Source of the DNA: Promethearchaeia archaeon | GTDB taxonomy: Archaea > Asgardarchaeota > Lokiarchaeia > Sigyniarchaeales > SOKP01 | Length of the DNA stretch: 64,000 nt | Assembly: GCA_029856155.1 (NCBI GenBank) | Contig: JAHQWL010000023.1 | Location: forward strand, 96,001-160,000 | Direction: 5' to 3' | Shown here: positions 38,714 to 48,896 of the stretch, piece by piece | Layout of the letters: each line of letters starts with the position of its first letter | Position numbering within the stretch: position 1 is the first letter of the stretch | Made by a program: the position numbers and the translations under genes | The notes under the pieces: model-generated | Databases searched by the model: none | Seen by the model: the letters and a program-made list of their open reading frames with translations, nothing else | What the model was told of the DNA's origin: nothing

Positions 38714-40177
38714 ATGAGTGAAGAACAGATTTATCAAGAATTAGTTAAAATCTGCGGTTCCAAGTTTATTTCAAATGAGCCAGAGTTATTGAATGATTAT
38801 TCTGTTGATTTAAGTTTGGTTGAAGGGAAAAAGCCAAAATATGTAGTATGGTTATCAAAAGCAAAACAAATTAAAAAAATCTTAAAATTAGCAAACTCAC
38901 TAAGATTTTCAGTTATTCCAGTAAGTTCTAGCTCACCAATACGTTATCATGGAGATACAATTCCACAAAAAGATAATTGTATTATTGTTGATCTTTCCAG
39001 AATGAATAAAATCCTCAATATTGATAGAAAAAATAGAGTTATCATGGTTGAACCTGGTGTGGTATTTGGTCAATTACTTCCAATTCTTAAAAAGAAAGGT
39101 TTAAGGTTAATTCAACCCCTTCATCCACGAGATGGTAAATCTGTACTAACAGCAGCTCTAGAAAGAGTACCAACCACAATTCCTCGTTATCAATGGGATA
39201 GTTCAGATCCTTTATTATGTACTGAGGTCATTTTTGGAACGGGTGATCTTTTTAGAACTGGTACTGCCGCGGGTCCCGGAACTATTAAGGAACAGAGAAA
39301 GTCTGGTCAAGCTCAAGTTAATCCAATGGGCCCAACACAATTCAGCCCTTACAGATTGGTTCAAGGAGCTCAAGGAAGTTTAGGAATAATCACATGGGCT
39401 ACTCTCAAATTAGAATTAAAACCCACGATTCAAAAAGTTTTTCATCTACAATCGGATAATCTGCTAGATTTATTGAATCTTCAACATCAATTATTAAAAT
39501 ACCGATTAGGTGATGAAATGTTAATTTTAAATAACATTAATTTAGCATGTTTAGTTAAACAGAAATTGGAAGATATTAAAGAGTTAACCAATTCATTAAC
39601 TGAATGGAACTTAATTTTTATTTTAGCAGGTCGTGGTAAATTAGCAAGTGATAAAATATCTTATCAAGAAGGAGATATACAACAGATTATTGAAGATCTT
39701 AAACTTGATCATTTGAAAAGAGTAAGTCCTATTACTGATAGTGAAATTAATTATGCTTTAAATGAGTCAATTTCATATCCATGGCGAAAGAGATTAAAGG
39801 GTAGCTTTCAAGATATTTTCTTTATCACTAGTTATGAAAAAATTTATAAGTTTATCAATATAGTTCAGAATGCAATTTCTGGAGATCTCGGTATATATAT
39901 TCAAGCTATAAATCAAGGAACCTCTTATCATTGCGAATTTGATCTTTATTACAATCCAAATAATAAAGTAGAGTCAAGTTTGATAAAAGAAAAGTTTTTA
40001 AAACTTAGTTTAGAATTAATGGAATCAGGAGCATTTTTCAGTCGTCCCTATGGTGTTTGGGCAAAAGAAGTATTTAAGAGACATGAAGATTCTACTCGAA
40101 TTGCCTTAAAAAAAGTAAAAAGAATTTTTGATCCTAACAATATCTTAAATCCTGGAGTTTTATGTTTTGATGAGTAG
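38714..40177 (+). CDS. FAD-binding oxidoreductase (GlcD/VAO superfamily)
   Basis: IVDLSRMNKI, VEPGV, EVIFGTG, GAQGSLGIIT and KRIFDPNNILNPG. Confidence 0.9.
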   Translation: MSEEQIYQELVKICGSKFISNEPELLNDYSVDLSLVEGKKPKYVVWLSKAKQIKKILKLANSLRFSVIPVSSSSPIRYHGDTIPQKDNCIIVDLSRMNKILNIDRKNRVIMVEPGVVFGQLLPILKKKGLRLIQPLHPRDGKSVLTAALERVPTTIPRYQWDSSDPLLCTEVIFGTGDLFRTGTAAGPGTIKEQRKSGQAQVNPMGPTQFSPYRLVQGAQGSLGIITWATLKLELKPTIQKVFHLQSDNLLDLLNLQHQLLKYRLGDEMLILNNINLACLVKQKLEDIKELTNSLTEWNLIFILAGRGKLASDKISYQEGDIQQIIEDLKLDHLKRVSPITDSEINYALNESISYPWRKRLKGSFQDIFFITSYEKIYKFINIVQNAISGDLGIYIQAINQGTSYHCEFDLYYNPNNKVESSLIKEKFLKLSLELMESGAFFSRPYGVWAKEVFKRHEDSTRIALKKVKRIFDPNNILNPGVLCFDE

Positions 40178-40262
40178 TAGAACTAATATAAAAAAAAATT
40201 AAATTCAATTTAAGGAAGCTTTAAATAAGTTAAATGTAATAAAAAGAGGAGTTTAAAGATTT

Positions 40263-41567
40263 TTGAATGAACAAGAATATAAACTGATGATAAAACGATG
40301 TCTTCGGTGCTCGATATGTAAATGGATACCACAGCTACAAATAAAAAGTCAAAAATATTCTACTATTTGTCCTTCAATAGATATGTTTAACTTTCATGCA
40401 TATAGCGCTGGAGGGCGTATAATTATAGCTTTAGCATTGGAAATGGGAAGAATTAAACCCTCCAAAGACTTAATGGATATCGTTTATAAATGTACTGAAT
40501 GTGGAGGTTGTGCTGTCGCTTGTAAGTTTTTAAATACTTTAGAACCCCTTGAAATCATAGTTAAACTCAGAGAAAAATTGGTTTCTTTAGGATATGGACC
40601 AATGCCAAAACAGCAACAATATATCGAATCTATTAAAAATTATAATAATCCTTATAATGAACCTCATGAAAAGAGGTTAGATTGGTTACCAAATGATATC
40701 AAGATTGATCCTAATGCAAAAACCTTATATTTTGTAGGATGCACCTCATCGTACAGGAGAAAAGAAATAGCGATTGCTACTGCTCGTGTAATGAATGCCG
40801 CGAACTATCCATTTAAAATTCTTGATGGGAATGAATATTGCTGTGGAAGTCCAATCTTGAGAACTGGAGATAAAAAATCATTTAATGAACAAGTACACAA
40901 AAATATTAATATTATTAAAAAAGAAGGAATAGACACTATCGTTTTTAGCTGTGCTGGCTGTTATGACACCTTTAAACTTGAATATACTTTAGAAAAGGAG
41001 TATAATTTTAGAGTATTACATACAACGGAATTATTTAATGAATTAATAGATACTGGAAATTTAAATCTAACAAAAGAACTATCTTTAACAGTAACCTATC
41101 ATGATCCATGTCATTTAGGACGAAACTCCGAACCACTTGTAGAATGGGACGGTGATGCATTACAAATGATGCCTCTTGTATCTATTAATATGCCTGAAAA
41201 ACCAAAGAGATGTGGGGCATTTGGAATTTATGATGCTCCAAGATATTTGCTAGAAAAAATACCCGGGCTCAAGTTAATAGAAATGGAAAGAATTAGAGAA
41301 TATTCCTATTGTTGTGGTGCTGGAGGAGGTGTAAAATCGGCATTTCCAGAGTTTGCTCTCAAAACTGCTATAACTCGGATTGAAGAAGCTGAAGAAACTG
41401 GAGCAGAAATAATTGCTTCTGCATGCCCTTTTTGCTCTACAAATTTAAATGATGGAATTGTTGAAAAAGGCTCTAATCTAAAGTTTCATGATATAAGTGA
41501 GTTATTATTAATGGCAATAGGATCACCAAATAAATCTGTTAAAGAATCTTCGATGGAGGTTGCTTAA
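40263..41567 (+). CDS. (Fe-S)-binding CCG-domain protein (GlcF/HdrD-like)
   Basis: CLRCSIC and CTECGGCAVAC clusters, plus two CCG domains (FVGC..YCCG..CAGC; HDPC..YCCG..ACPFC). Confidence 0.9.
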   Translation: MNEQEYKLMIKRCLRCSICKWIPQLQIKSQKYSTICPSIDMFNFHAYSAGGRIIIALALEMGRIKPSKDLMDIVYKCTECGGCAVACKFLNTLEPLEIIVKLREKLVSLGYGPMPKQQQYIESIKNYNNPYNEPHEKRLDWLPNDIKIDPNAKTLYFVGCTSSYRRKEIAIATARVMNAANYPFKILDGNEYCCGSPILRTGDKKSFNEQVHKNINIIKKEGIDTIVFSCAGCYDTFKLEYTLEKEYNFRVLHTTELFNELIDTGNLNLTKELSLTVTYHDPCHLGRNSEPLVEWDGDALQMMPLVSINMPEKPKRCGAFGIYDAPRYLLEKIPGLKLIEMERIREYSYCCGAGGGVKSAFPEFALKTAITRIEEAEETGAEIIASACPFCSTNLNDGIVEKGSNLKFHDISELLLMAIGSPNKSVKESSMEVA

Positions 41568-43136
41568 TTGGTCTTAGAGAAAGAAGCATTTAAAGAATTT
41601 CAGAACGTAGTTGGTGTAGGAAATATCGAAGATGGTAATGTAATAACTAATGTATATGCTTATAACTGGTGTATGGAAATTTTTAATTATATGGAAGGTA
41701 AAGATCCAGTTCCCTTTTCTCCAATTCCTAAAGCGGTTGTTTTACCATCAACTACCGAAGAAGTTCAGCAAGTAGTAAAATTATGTAATAAATACGGCAT
41801 TGTATTCAAAGCTCAAAGTACGGGACTTGGTCCTTGGAATCAACCCTCTGTGGATAATTCAATAATTATAGATCTTCGTAGAATGAATAATATTGTGAAA
41901 ATTGATGAGAAAAACCTATATGCTGTAATTGAACCATATGTGAGTGGATCACAGCTACAAGTTGAAATAATGAAATACGGGCTCAATTGTCACATGCCCG
42001 GTGCAGGACCCCAAGTTTCTCCTCTTGCTAGTGCAACATCTATGAATGGTCCGGGGTTTACATCTCCTTCTACAGGACATAGTGCTAGAAACGTTTTAGC
42101 AGTTGAATGGGTATTACCAGATGGAGAGATTATGAGATTAGGGGCTTACGGTCAAAAAAACAATCCTGATTTTTTTTACGGAGATGGCCCAGGACCGAGT
42201 TTACGTGGCATTATGAGAGGTTGGGCGGGCACAAAATCAGGACTTGGAGTTTTTACTAAAGTTGCAGTAAAGTTATTTCCCTATCCATGTAGTACAGATT
42301 TTAATATTAAAGGTAATTCTCCCGACTATGATTTTGATATTCCTGACTTTATGAAATTATATGTTATGGATTGTGGAAATTTCAAGAAACTAGAAAAAGT
42401 TATGTTGAGGATAGAAGAAGAAGAAATATCATTTATGTGCAGTTATTTATCTGGTTTTGCTGTGATGGCAATTTTTTCCAATTCAATCGAAAGTTTAATG
42501 GATAAAATACCAATAGGGCAGATGAAAACTCCTTTGGTGGTAATAATAACAGCCCGTACAACGCGAGAATTTGCATATAAACAAAAAGTAATGGATTTCT
42601 TACTTAAAAAATTTAAAATAGAAAACATTATTGGAAAAATTTATACTCCAAATCCAATTTTTTATGCTGAAGCACTTCGTTCAAATTTAGGGCTACATGG
42701 TTTTATAGCTACTGGAGGTTTTCAGTCTTCTAAAGGCGTGGCAGATACTGCAGCTGTATGTCTTCGAAGCACTAAATCAAATATTCCCTTGAAGCAGGAA
42801 TTTATCAAGAAAGGAGCGATTGCTAACGATTTTGGGGAGGGTACTTGGATGACATCATATGAATCGGGGCATTATTTTCATATGGAATCCCCTACGATGT
42901 TTGATCAAACTGAAGAAAATAGTGTAAAAGGAATGGCTGAATATATGGAGAAGAGCAATCAATTAGATTTATTAAAACATCTTGGTGCTCCATTCTTCGT
43001 AGAAGGCACACGTATGCATGAGTTGTTTGGACCTCATATGTCTAACTATCATCTATGGTTAAGAAAAATTAAAGAAACTTTTGACCCAAATAATATATCT
43101 GATTCCGGATTTTACATTTCACCACAAAATAAATAA
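41568..43136 (+). CDS. FAD-binding oxidoreductase (GlcD/VAO superfamily), second paralog
   Basis: VLPSTTEEVQ, IDLRRMN, IEPYV, EWVLPDG, GLGVFTK and KETFDPNN. Confidence 0.9.
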   Translation: MVLEKEAFKEFQNVVGVGNIEDGNVITNVYAYNWCMEIFNYMEGKDPVPFSPIPKAVVLPSTTEEVQQVVKLCNKYGIVFKAQSTGLGPWNQPSVDNSIIIDLRRMNNIVKIDEKNLYAVIEPYVSGSQLQVEIMKYGLNCHMPGAGPQVSPLASATSMNGPGFTSPSTGHSARNVLAVEWVLPDGEIMRLGAYGQKNNPDFFYGDGPGPSLRGIMRGWAGTKSGLGVFTKVAVKLFPYPCSTDFNIKGNSPDYDFDIPDFMKLYVMDCGNFKKLEKVMLRIEEEEISFMCSYLSGFAVMAIFSNSIESLMDKIPIGQMKTPLVVIITARTTREFAYKQKVMDFLLKKFKIENIIGKIYTPNPIFYAEALRSNLGLHGFIATGGFQSSKGVADTAAVCLRSTKSNIPLKQEFIKKGAIANDFGEGTWMTSYESGHYFHMESPTMFDQTEENSVKGMAEYMEKSNQLDLLKHLGAPFFVEGTRMHELFGPHMSNYHLWLRKIKETFDPNNISDSGFYISPQNK

Positions 43137-43161
43137 AAATGATGAATTCAAGAGCAATAAT

Positions 43162-43578
43162 ATGGTAGAATCAAACCAAGAAAATAAAAAAATAAGAGGT
43201 TTCGCAGTGCTAATCAATAGTATTCTAGCACCTCTAAGTGAAAACAAGAGGTTTCAAGATAAATTTAGAAATGTTAATACTAAAATTCTTTTAAATGCTT
43301 CGAATTTAAATCATGCGGCAATTATTATAGTTGATAAGGGATTTGTCAGAGTCGAGAGCATTCCAAATAAACCAAAGGAAAATTTGAATAAGAATAAGGT
43401 TCGTTGGAATGCTTTTTTAGAGATGGATACGCAAACTTTCCTTGCTATTGCTTTGAATCGGCTTTCACTATTTGGAATTGCAAAAAAGTGGTTAACCCGT
43501 GAAATAAAAATGCGTGGAATCAGAAAGTTACTTATTTTATTGAAAATGTTTAGATTTTTAACAAGTTATAACGAGTAG
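43162..43578 (+). CDS. SCP2 (sterol carrier protein 2)-like lipid-binding protein (likely start ATG 43162)
   Basis: AIIIVDKGFVRV...AFLEMDTQTFLAIALNRLS...WLTREIKMRG matches the SCP2 pattern. Confidence 0.6.
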   Translation: MVESNQENKKIRGFAVLINSILAPLSENKRFQDKFRNVNTKILLNASNLNHAAIIIVDKGFVRVESIPNKPKENLNKNKVRWNAFLEMDTQTFLAIALNRLSLFGIAKKWLTREIKMRGIRKLLILLKMFRFLTSYNE

Positions 43579-43621
43579 ATTTTATATTAATTAAAAGTAA
43601 GTATTGAGAAAAAGATTAATT

Positions 43622-44668
43622 ATGAGTACAAAAATTAAAGAAGCCTGGTTAGGACCCGGTAGAAAGGATGGCCAAATTAAACCAATCAAACCTAAAGATG
43701 ATGCATTACACATCGATATGGAAAAGAAAGGAACCAGAGAATGGTGGTATTTTGATGCTCGTTTTGATAATGGATATACAGTAGTAGGATTCTTTCGAGC
43801 AAAACACGAACGGACGGGTAAAACTGGAGTAGAAATTACGGTTTATAAGCCCAATGGAGAAAAAACACAGAATGTAATCGATTACCTTCATTCTGACTTT
43901 ACAGCTTCTCAAGATTTACCCGATGTGCAAATTGGTAAAAACTATATAAAAGTTGATTATTCTAATAAAGAGTTACCAACCTATGAAATTTTCTTAGATG
44001 AAGGTGAATATGGACTTCATTTAAAATATACGGCATTAGTTCATGGTTGGAAACCCGGAAAAGGCTATATTGAGTTTGGAAAGTCAAATGAATTCGGTTG
44101 GGTTATAGCTCTACCTCGAGCAGACGTTGTAGGAACTATTAAGGTTAATAATGAAACAATTCAAGTAAAAGGAATTGGATATCACGATCATAATTGGTTA
44201 AATTTCAATTTCGCGATGATAATTGACTATTGGTACTGGGGCAGGATATATTCTGAGAATTTTACTGTGGTTTTTGCTTATATTAAATGCAACAAGAAAA
44301 TGGATAATTATCCAATACAAGTCCTAATGCTTGCAAAAAATGAAAATGTAATTCTCAGTACGGGTGAATATGAATTAGTTCAAGATAATTTTGAATATAA
44401 TGAGAAAGCGGGAAATAAGTATCCGAAACTCTTAAAATTTAAAGTTGATAATCAGCATGAATTTATTCTCGAAGTTCAAGAGATCATTGATGCGGAGAAT
44501 TTACTTTATGAATTAGGACCTATCACACGTTTCTTAGCGAAAAATCTCTTAAAATTAAGACCAGGCTATTTTCGATTAAATTCTAAATTTCAACTTACTA
44601 TACTTTATGAAGCGAACTCGTATATAGAAAAAGGAAGCACACTTCACGAGATGGTAATTACTAAGTAA
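43622..44668 (+). CDS. Lipocalin-like CrtC/AttH-family protein (hydratase/cyclase fold)
   Basis: EWWYFDA, GYHDHNW and YWYWGR motifs. Confidence 0.75.
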   Translation: MSTKIKEAWLGPGRKDGQIKPIKPKDDALHIDMEKKGTREWWYFDARFDNGYTVVGFFRAKHERTGKTGVEITVYKPNGEKTQNVIDYLHSDFTASQDLPDVQIGKNYIKVDYSNKELPTYEIFLDEGEYGLHLKYTALVHGWKPGKGYIEFGKSNEFGWVIALPRADVVGTIKVNNETIQVKGIGYHDHNWLNFNFAMIIDYWYWGRIYSENFTVVFAYIKCNKKMDNYPIQVLMLAKNENVILSTGEYELVQDNFEYNEKAGNKYPKLLKFKVDNQHEFILEVQEIIDAENLLYELGPITRFLAKNLLKLRPGYFRLNSKFQLTILYEANSYIEKGSTLHEMVITK

Positions 44669-44692
44669 GAAGAAAGCAATTTATCAGAGCTT

Positions 44693-45388
44693 TTATTTTT
44701 TTTCATCCAATGCTCTTTTTGGAAATAAGCGTTTTTTTAATTTAACCTTGCTTGTGTCCATATCATATTCTACTAAGCCGACATTTGCTAATTCTTGAAC
44801 TGAATGTAATACAAAAGCACCTCCAATACCAGTTGTAGTTTTTATTTGATCTCTCGTCATTTCTTCCTTTTCTCCATGTAAAGTCATTAAAATTCGATAA
44901 TGTGGTTGGCCTTGCCATATTTCTGACACTAAGACCGTGTAAATTGAAAGCAATGCACGAACTCTCTCAAAGTTATATTCTGCTTCTTCTGCTTCTGATG
45001 CTGCTTGCATAAATTTCTCTAACTCAACCTTAACTTTCTGATACTCATCTAGTAATTTCATTTGATCTTCTGTTAATGACCCTATTTTTTGATCTTTTTC
45101 TCGTTTTTCAAGCTCAAGCTTTTTTGTTCCCTCTTCTAATTTCTTTTTCTCTATCTCTAACTTTTGTTTCTCATTTTCTACCTTAGACTTTGCTTCTTCT
45201 AATTGTATTTTTTCATTTTCGAGTTTTTCTTTTTCTTTACTAAGCTCCATTTTATCATTCTCAAGATTTAATAAAGCAGTTCTTGATGTCTCTAATACCT
45301 CAATAAATTCCTTAAAACTTGATTCAGCAGCTTGAATTGTTTTATCAATAACATTTAACGTTTTTTCTTCATCTGACATTGGAATCAC
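44693..45388 (-). CDS. Coiled-coil protein with a C-terminal winged helix
   Basis: Heptad series LENEKIQ/LEEAKSK/VENEKQK/LEIEKKK, then MTRDQIKTTTGIGGAFVLHSVQELANVGLVEYD. Confidence 0.7.
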   Translation of the reverse strand: MIPMSDEEKTLNVIDKTIQAAESSFKEFIEVLETSRTALLNLENDKMELSKEKEKLENEKIQLEEAKSKVENEKQKLEIEKKKLEEGTKKLELEKREKDQKIGSLTEDQMKLLDEYQKVKVELEKFMQAASEAEEAEYNFERVRALLSIYTVLVSEIWQGQPHYRILMTLHGEKEEMTRDQIKTTTGIGGAFVLHSVQELANVGLVEYDMDTSKVKLKKRLFPKRALDEKK

Positions 45389-45455
45389 AATTTATTTTAT
45401 TCAATTATATTTATTATATTTATTCTATTTATTCTATAAAAAAATTTATCAAATT

Positions 45456-46688
45456 ATGATAGAAAAAGATAGCTCTAATTACAAGAGAAATCTAATTTTA
45501 GGAGTTTCAGTTCCCGTTTTTATAATGGGCCTTGTATCTTTTTTTACAGATGTCTCAAGTGAGATGATCCAGAGCATTTTACCCTTATTTATTATAGATC
45601 TAGTAGAAAAAAATCCTACATTTATTTTAGGTTTAATCGCGGGAATTACAACAGCTCTAGCGAATATTTTAAAAGGAGTATCTGGTTGGATGAGTGATAA
45701 AATCAATAAAAGAAAACCTTTTGTAGTAGCAGGATATACCGTCTCAAATCTTTCTAAACCATTCATAGGTTTTAGTCCATCATGGGAATTTGTTTTAGGA
45801 TTAAAAGCAACTGATAGATTTGGCAAAGGCCTCAGAACATCTTCCAGAGATACACTTATATCTTATTATGCGGTTGAGAAAGGAAAGGCGTTTGGAATGC
45901 ACCGTGCAATGGATACATTAGGCGCCGTTGTTGGTTCTCTTCTTGCCTTCTTATTTCTATTTTGGGCGTGGAGTTATTCTGAAATTATATTTTTCTCTAT
46001 TTTTCCAGGACTGTGTGCGATTGTATTGATTTTTTTCGTCAAGGAAGTTGATCCAACAAAAATGGATGAAACAAAGTTGAAATATCATGGTGAATCAAAA
46101 GTAGATAAAATTGATAGAAATTTTATTAAGCTTATAATTATTCTTGGAGTAATTGAATTTGCTAGCTTAGATATTGCATTCCTCCAAGTTAGATCAAGAG
46201 ACTATATTTTTTCTGGATTAATCTTTTTAATACCTGTTTTTTATTTACTAACAAACATCGTTTATATGATTTTATCACCAATAATGGGTTCTTTATCAGA
46301 TAAAATCGGGCGTAAACCGATTATTGTTAGTGGGTTATCAATTCTTTTAGTTTCTACTATATTTTTGGCATTTCCAATTGAATCTTCAACTTTTTCTCTT
46401 ATCTCAATCATAATAATTTATGCATTTTATGGGTTCTATTTAGCATCAGTAGATCCCATCTCAAGGGCATATATTGCAGATTTAGCTGGAAAAAATAAGA
46501 GAGGCCGAGCATATGGTTATTATTATCTCTCTGTAGGGATAATTTCCTTGGGTGAATCACTGCTTTTTGGATTAATATATGATTTATTCTCTTTTTTTTG
46601 GGCTTTTCTCTACGTTTCAATTCTATTACTTATATGTATAATAGTGTTTATTATCACTGATTTCTCTAAGATACTACATAAGGCGTAA
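45456..46688 (+). CDS. MFS transporter
   Basis: SFFTDVSSEM, GWMSDKINKRK, DRFGKGLR, FGMHRAMDTLG and LSDKIGRK. Confidence 0.9.
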   Translation: MIEKDSSNYKRNLILGVSVPVFIMGLVSFFTDVSSEMIQSILPLFIIDLVEKNPTFILGLIAGITTALANILKGVSGWMSDKINKRKPFVVAGYTVSNLSKPFIGFSPSWEFVLGLKATDRFGKGLRTSSRDTLISYYAVEKGKAFGMHRAMDTLGAVVGSLLAFLFLFWAWSYSEIIFFSIFPGLCAIVLIFFVKEVDPTKMDETKLKYHGESKVDKIDRNFIKLIIILGVIEFASLDIAFLQVRSRDYIFSGLIFLIPVFYLLTNIVYMILSPIMGSLSDKIGRKPIIVSGLSILLVSTIFLAFPIESSTFSLISIIIIYAFYGFYLASVDPISRAYIADLAGKNKRGRAYGYYYLSVGIISLGESLLFGLIYDLFSFFWAFLYVSILLLICIIVFIITDFSKILHKA

Positions 46689-46761
46689 TTATTCGGTAAA
46701 TTATGAATTGGTGTAGAGTCTACCTAAACAATTAAATAGACTAGATTATTGGTTAACTGCG

Positions 46762-47556
46762 GTGATACAAAAAATGAAAGAAGATTATTGCCTCACTTCA
46801 AAGGACGTGGTTCTAGCAGCTATACAATCATCTAACAAAAATATGGAAGATTTTAAAGTTGATCCTAATGTTTTGATTATTTTCTCTGGAGCTTTATTAA
46901 ATTATTTAAAACAAAAAGCCGGCTTAGAACAATCAGATTGGTTATTACCGTTTCACCCCTATGGCTCTGAAAGATTGCATCGTGGTAAATATGAACACAT
47001 TCCTTTAACCGTAATTATTCCCCCGATGGGAGCATCAACAATGGCTTCAGTGACAGAAGATTTAATCTTTTGTGGAGCAAAAGTAATTCTTCTCGTTTGT
47101 GGTTCATGGGGCATTGGTGAAAAAGTAAAACTACTTGATTATATTATACCTACTCATAGTTTAGGGCCAGATGGCACAAGTATACATTATGGAAGAAAAT
47201 TAAATGAAGAGATTGAATTAAATAAAGAGATTGTAAATATAGTTATAGAGGAAACAAAAAAAAGAACCAAAAATTACCATATAGGAAAGAATTATTGTAA
47301 AGAAGCATTCTATAAGATTAATAAATCAGAAATTCATGGACTGCAAAAGAAAGGTTGTATTTCAATGGAGAATGGAGAAATCAATGTTCTCGCAACAATA
47401 TGTAAACAAAATCAGATAAAATTTGGTGTAATTTTTTATAGCTATTATAGTCCTCTTGAGGGGTGGAATATTTCATGGAAGGAAGACCGATATAAAGAAT
47501 GTGTAGATCTTGAAGGAGATATTGCTCTAGCTACAATGTTAAGAATAAATAGATGA
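46762..47556 (+). CDS. Nucleoside phosphorylase family (PNP/UDP)
   Basis: PMGAS, DLIFCGAK, DGTSIHY and ISMENGE; several motifs are divergent. Confidence 0.75.
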   Translation: MIQKMKEDYCLTSKDVVLAAIQSSNKNMEDFKVDPNVLIIFSGALLNYLKQKAGLEQSDWLLPFHPYGSERLHRGKYEHIPLTVIIPPMGASTMASVTEDLIFCGAKVILLVCGSWGIGEKVKLLDYIIPTHSLGPDGTSIHYGRKLNEEIELNKEIVNIVIEETKKRTKNYHIGKNYCKEAFYKINKSEIHGLQKKGCISMENGEINVLATICKQNQIKFGVIFYSYYSPLEGWNISWKEDRYKECVDLEGDIALATMLRINR

Positions 47557-47573
47557 TAATTGAATTGTTTTCT

Positions 47574-48845
47574 CTACTTAGATTGGATCCATAAGTTAGC
47601 TAAATATATCAAAACTTCAGTAGCTTTTTGAAGAGCTAAAGTTGGGATGTATTCTTTTCTAGAATGAAATAATAAACCTCCCGCAAAAATATTTGGCGTT
47701 GGAATTCCTTTCGCACTTAACCGAGCTCCATCTGTACCTCCCCTTATAGGATGAATTTTCAATTCTAAACCCGATTTTTCGATTGCTTGTTTAGCTAGAT
47801 CGATAACTTTTGGCGTTTTTTCTAGGTAAATAAACATGTTTTGATATTGATGTTTAAAATTTATTTCAATTTTTAATCCTGGATAACGAATTTCATATGC
47901 TTTCTTTAGTTTTTTTAAATAATCCATCCGTCTATGGTTATTTTCTTCTAAAAAATCTCTAATAAACATTCTTGAGTTAGCTTCTTCTGCATTACCTTGT
48001 AGTTTTGATAAATGAAAAAATCCTTCCCGTTCCTCAGTATGTTCAGGTGACTCAGATTCAGGAAGCTCACTAAAAAACCTGCTCGCAATCTGTATGGCAT
48101 TAATCATTTTATTCTTAGCTTCTCCAGGATGAACATTTAAACCTATAAATTTAGTTTGAGCTAACCATGCATCAAAACATTCAAATTCTAATTCACCCAT
48201 TTCACCACCATCTACTGTATAGCATACTTTAGGAAGCTTTTTCATATCAACTTTATCAATTCCTAAACCAATTTCTTCATCTGTACTAAAACAAACAAAT
48301 ATTGGCCCGTGCTTTAATTCATCAAACTCTTTCCAAGAAGCACACGCAGCCATTATTTCGGCAATACCTGCTTTATCGTCTGCCCCCAACAGTGTATCTC
48401 CCTCAGATGTGATTATATCAAGACCTATATATTCTTCTAAATTAGGAGAATCTTCAATGTTTAAAACTAAGCCCTTATTTTGAGTGAATTTTATTTCTTT
48501 TCCATCATATTTTCTATGGATTACAGGTTTTACATTCTTTCCACTAACTGCAGGTGAAGTATCCATATGAGCTAATAATCCAATAGGGGTTACTTTTTCA
48601 AAACCTTTACTTGGTGGCAAATAAGCATAAACAAATCCAAATTCATCATGAATAATATCTTCAAGACCTAGTTCTTTTAATTCCTCAACCAACAACTTAC
48701 CCAGATCTAATTGTATCTTTGTTGAGGGAACAGTCTCTACACTTTCATCTGAAGTAGTCCAAACTTTTACATACCTTAAAAATCGTTCTAATGCTTCATT
48801 TAGCAAAAATTCTTTTATGTCTATTGAAAGATCCATATCAATCAA
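47574..48845 (-). CDS. pepT: Peptidase T (M20B tripeptidase)
   Basis: AHMDTS, LLGADDKAG, TDEEIG, NVHPG, IRGGTDG and FHSRKE. Confidence 0.95.
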   Translation of the reverse strand: MIDMDLSIDIKEFLLNEALERFLRYVKVWTTSDESVETVPSTKIQLDLGKLLVEELKELGLEDIIHDEFGFVYAYLPPSKGFEKVTPIGLLAHMDTSPAVSGKNVKPVIHRKYDGKEIKFTQNKGLVLNIEDSPNLEEYIGLDIITSEGDTLLGADDKAGIAEIMAACASWKEFDELKHGPIFVCFSTDEEIGLGIDKVDMKKLPKVCYTVDGGEMGELEFECFDAWLAQTKFIGLNVHPGEAKNKMINAIQIASRFFSELPESESPEHTEEREGFFHLSKLQGNAEEANSRMFIRDFLEENNHRRMDYLKKLKKAYEIRYPGLKIEINFKHQYQNMFIYLEKTPKVIDLAKQAIEKSGLELKIHPIRGGTDGARLSAKGIPTPNIFAGGLLFHSRKEYIPTLALQKATEVLIYLANLWIQSK

Positions 48846-48896
48846 AATTAATCCTAAATTTTAAAGTTAAATAATCTTACAAAAACATATGAATTC

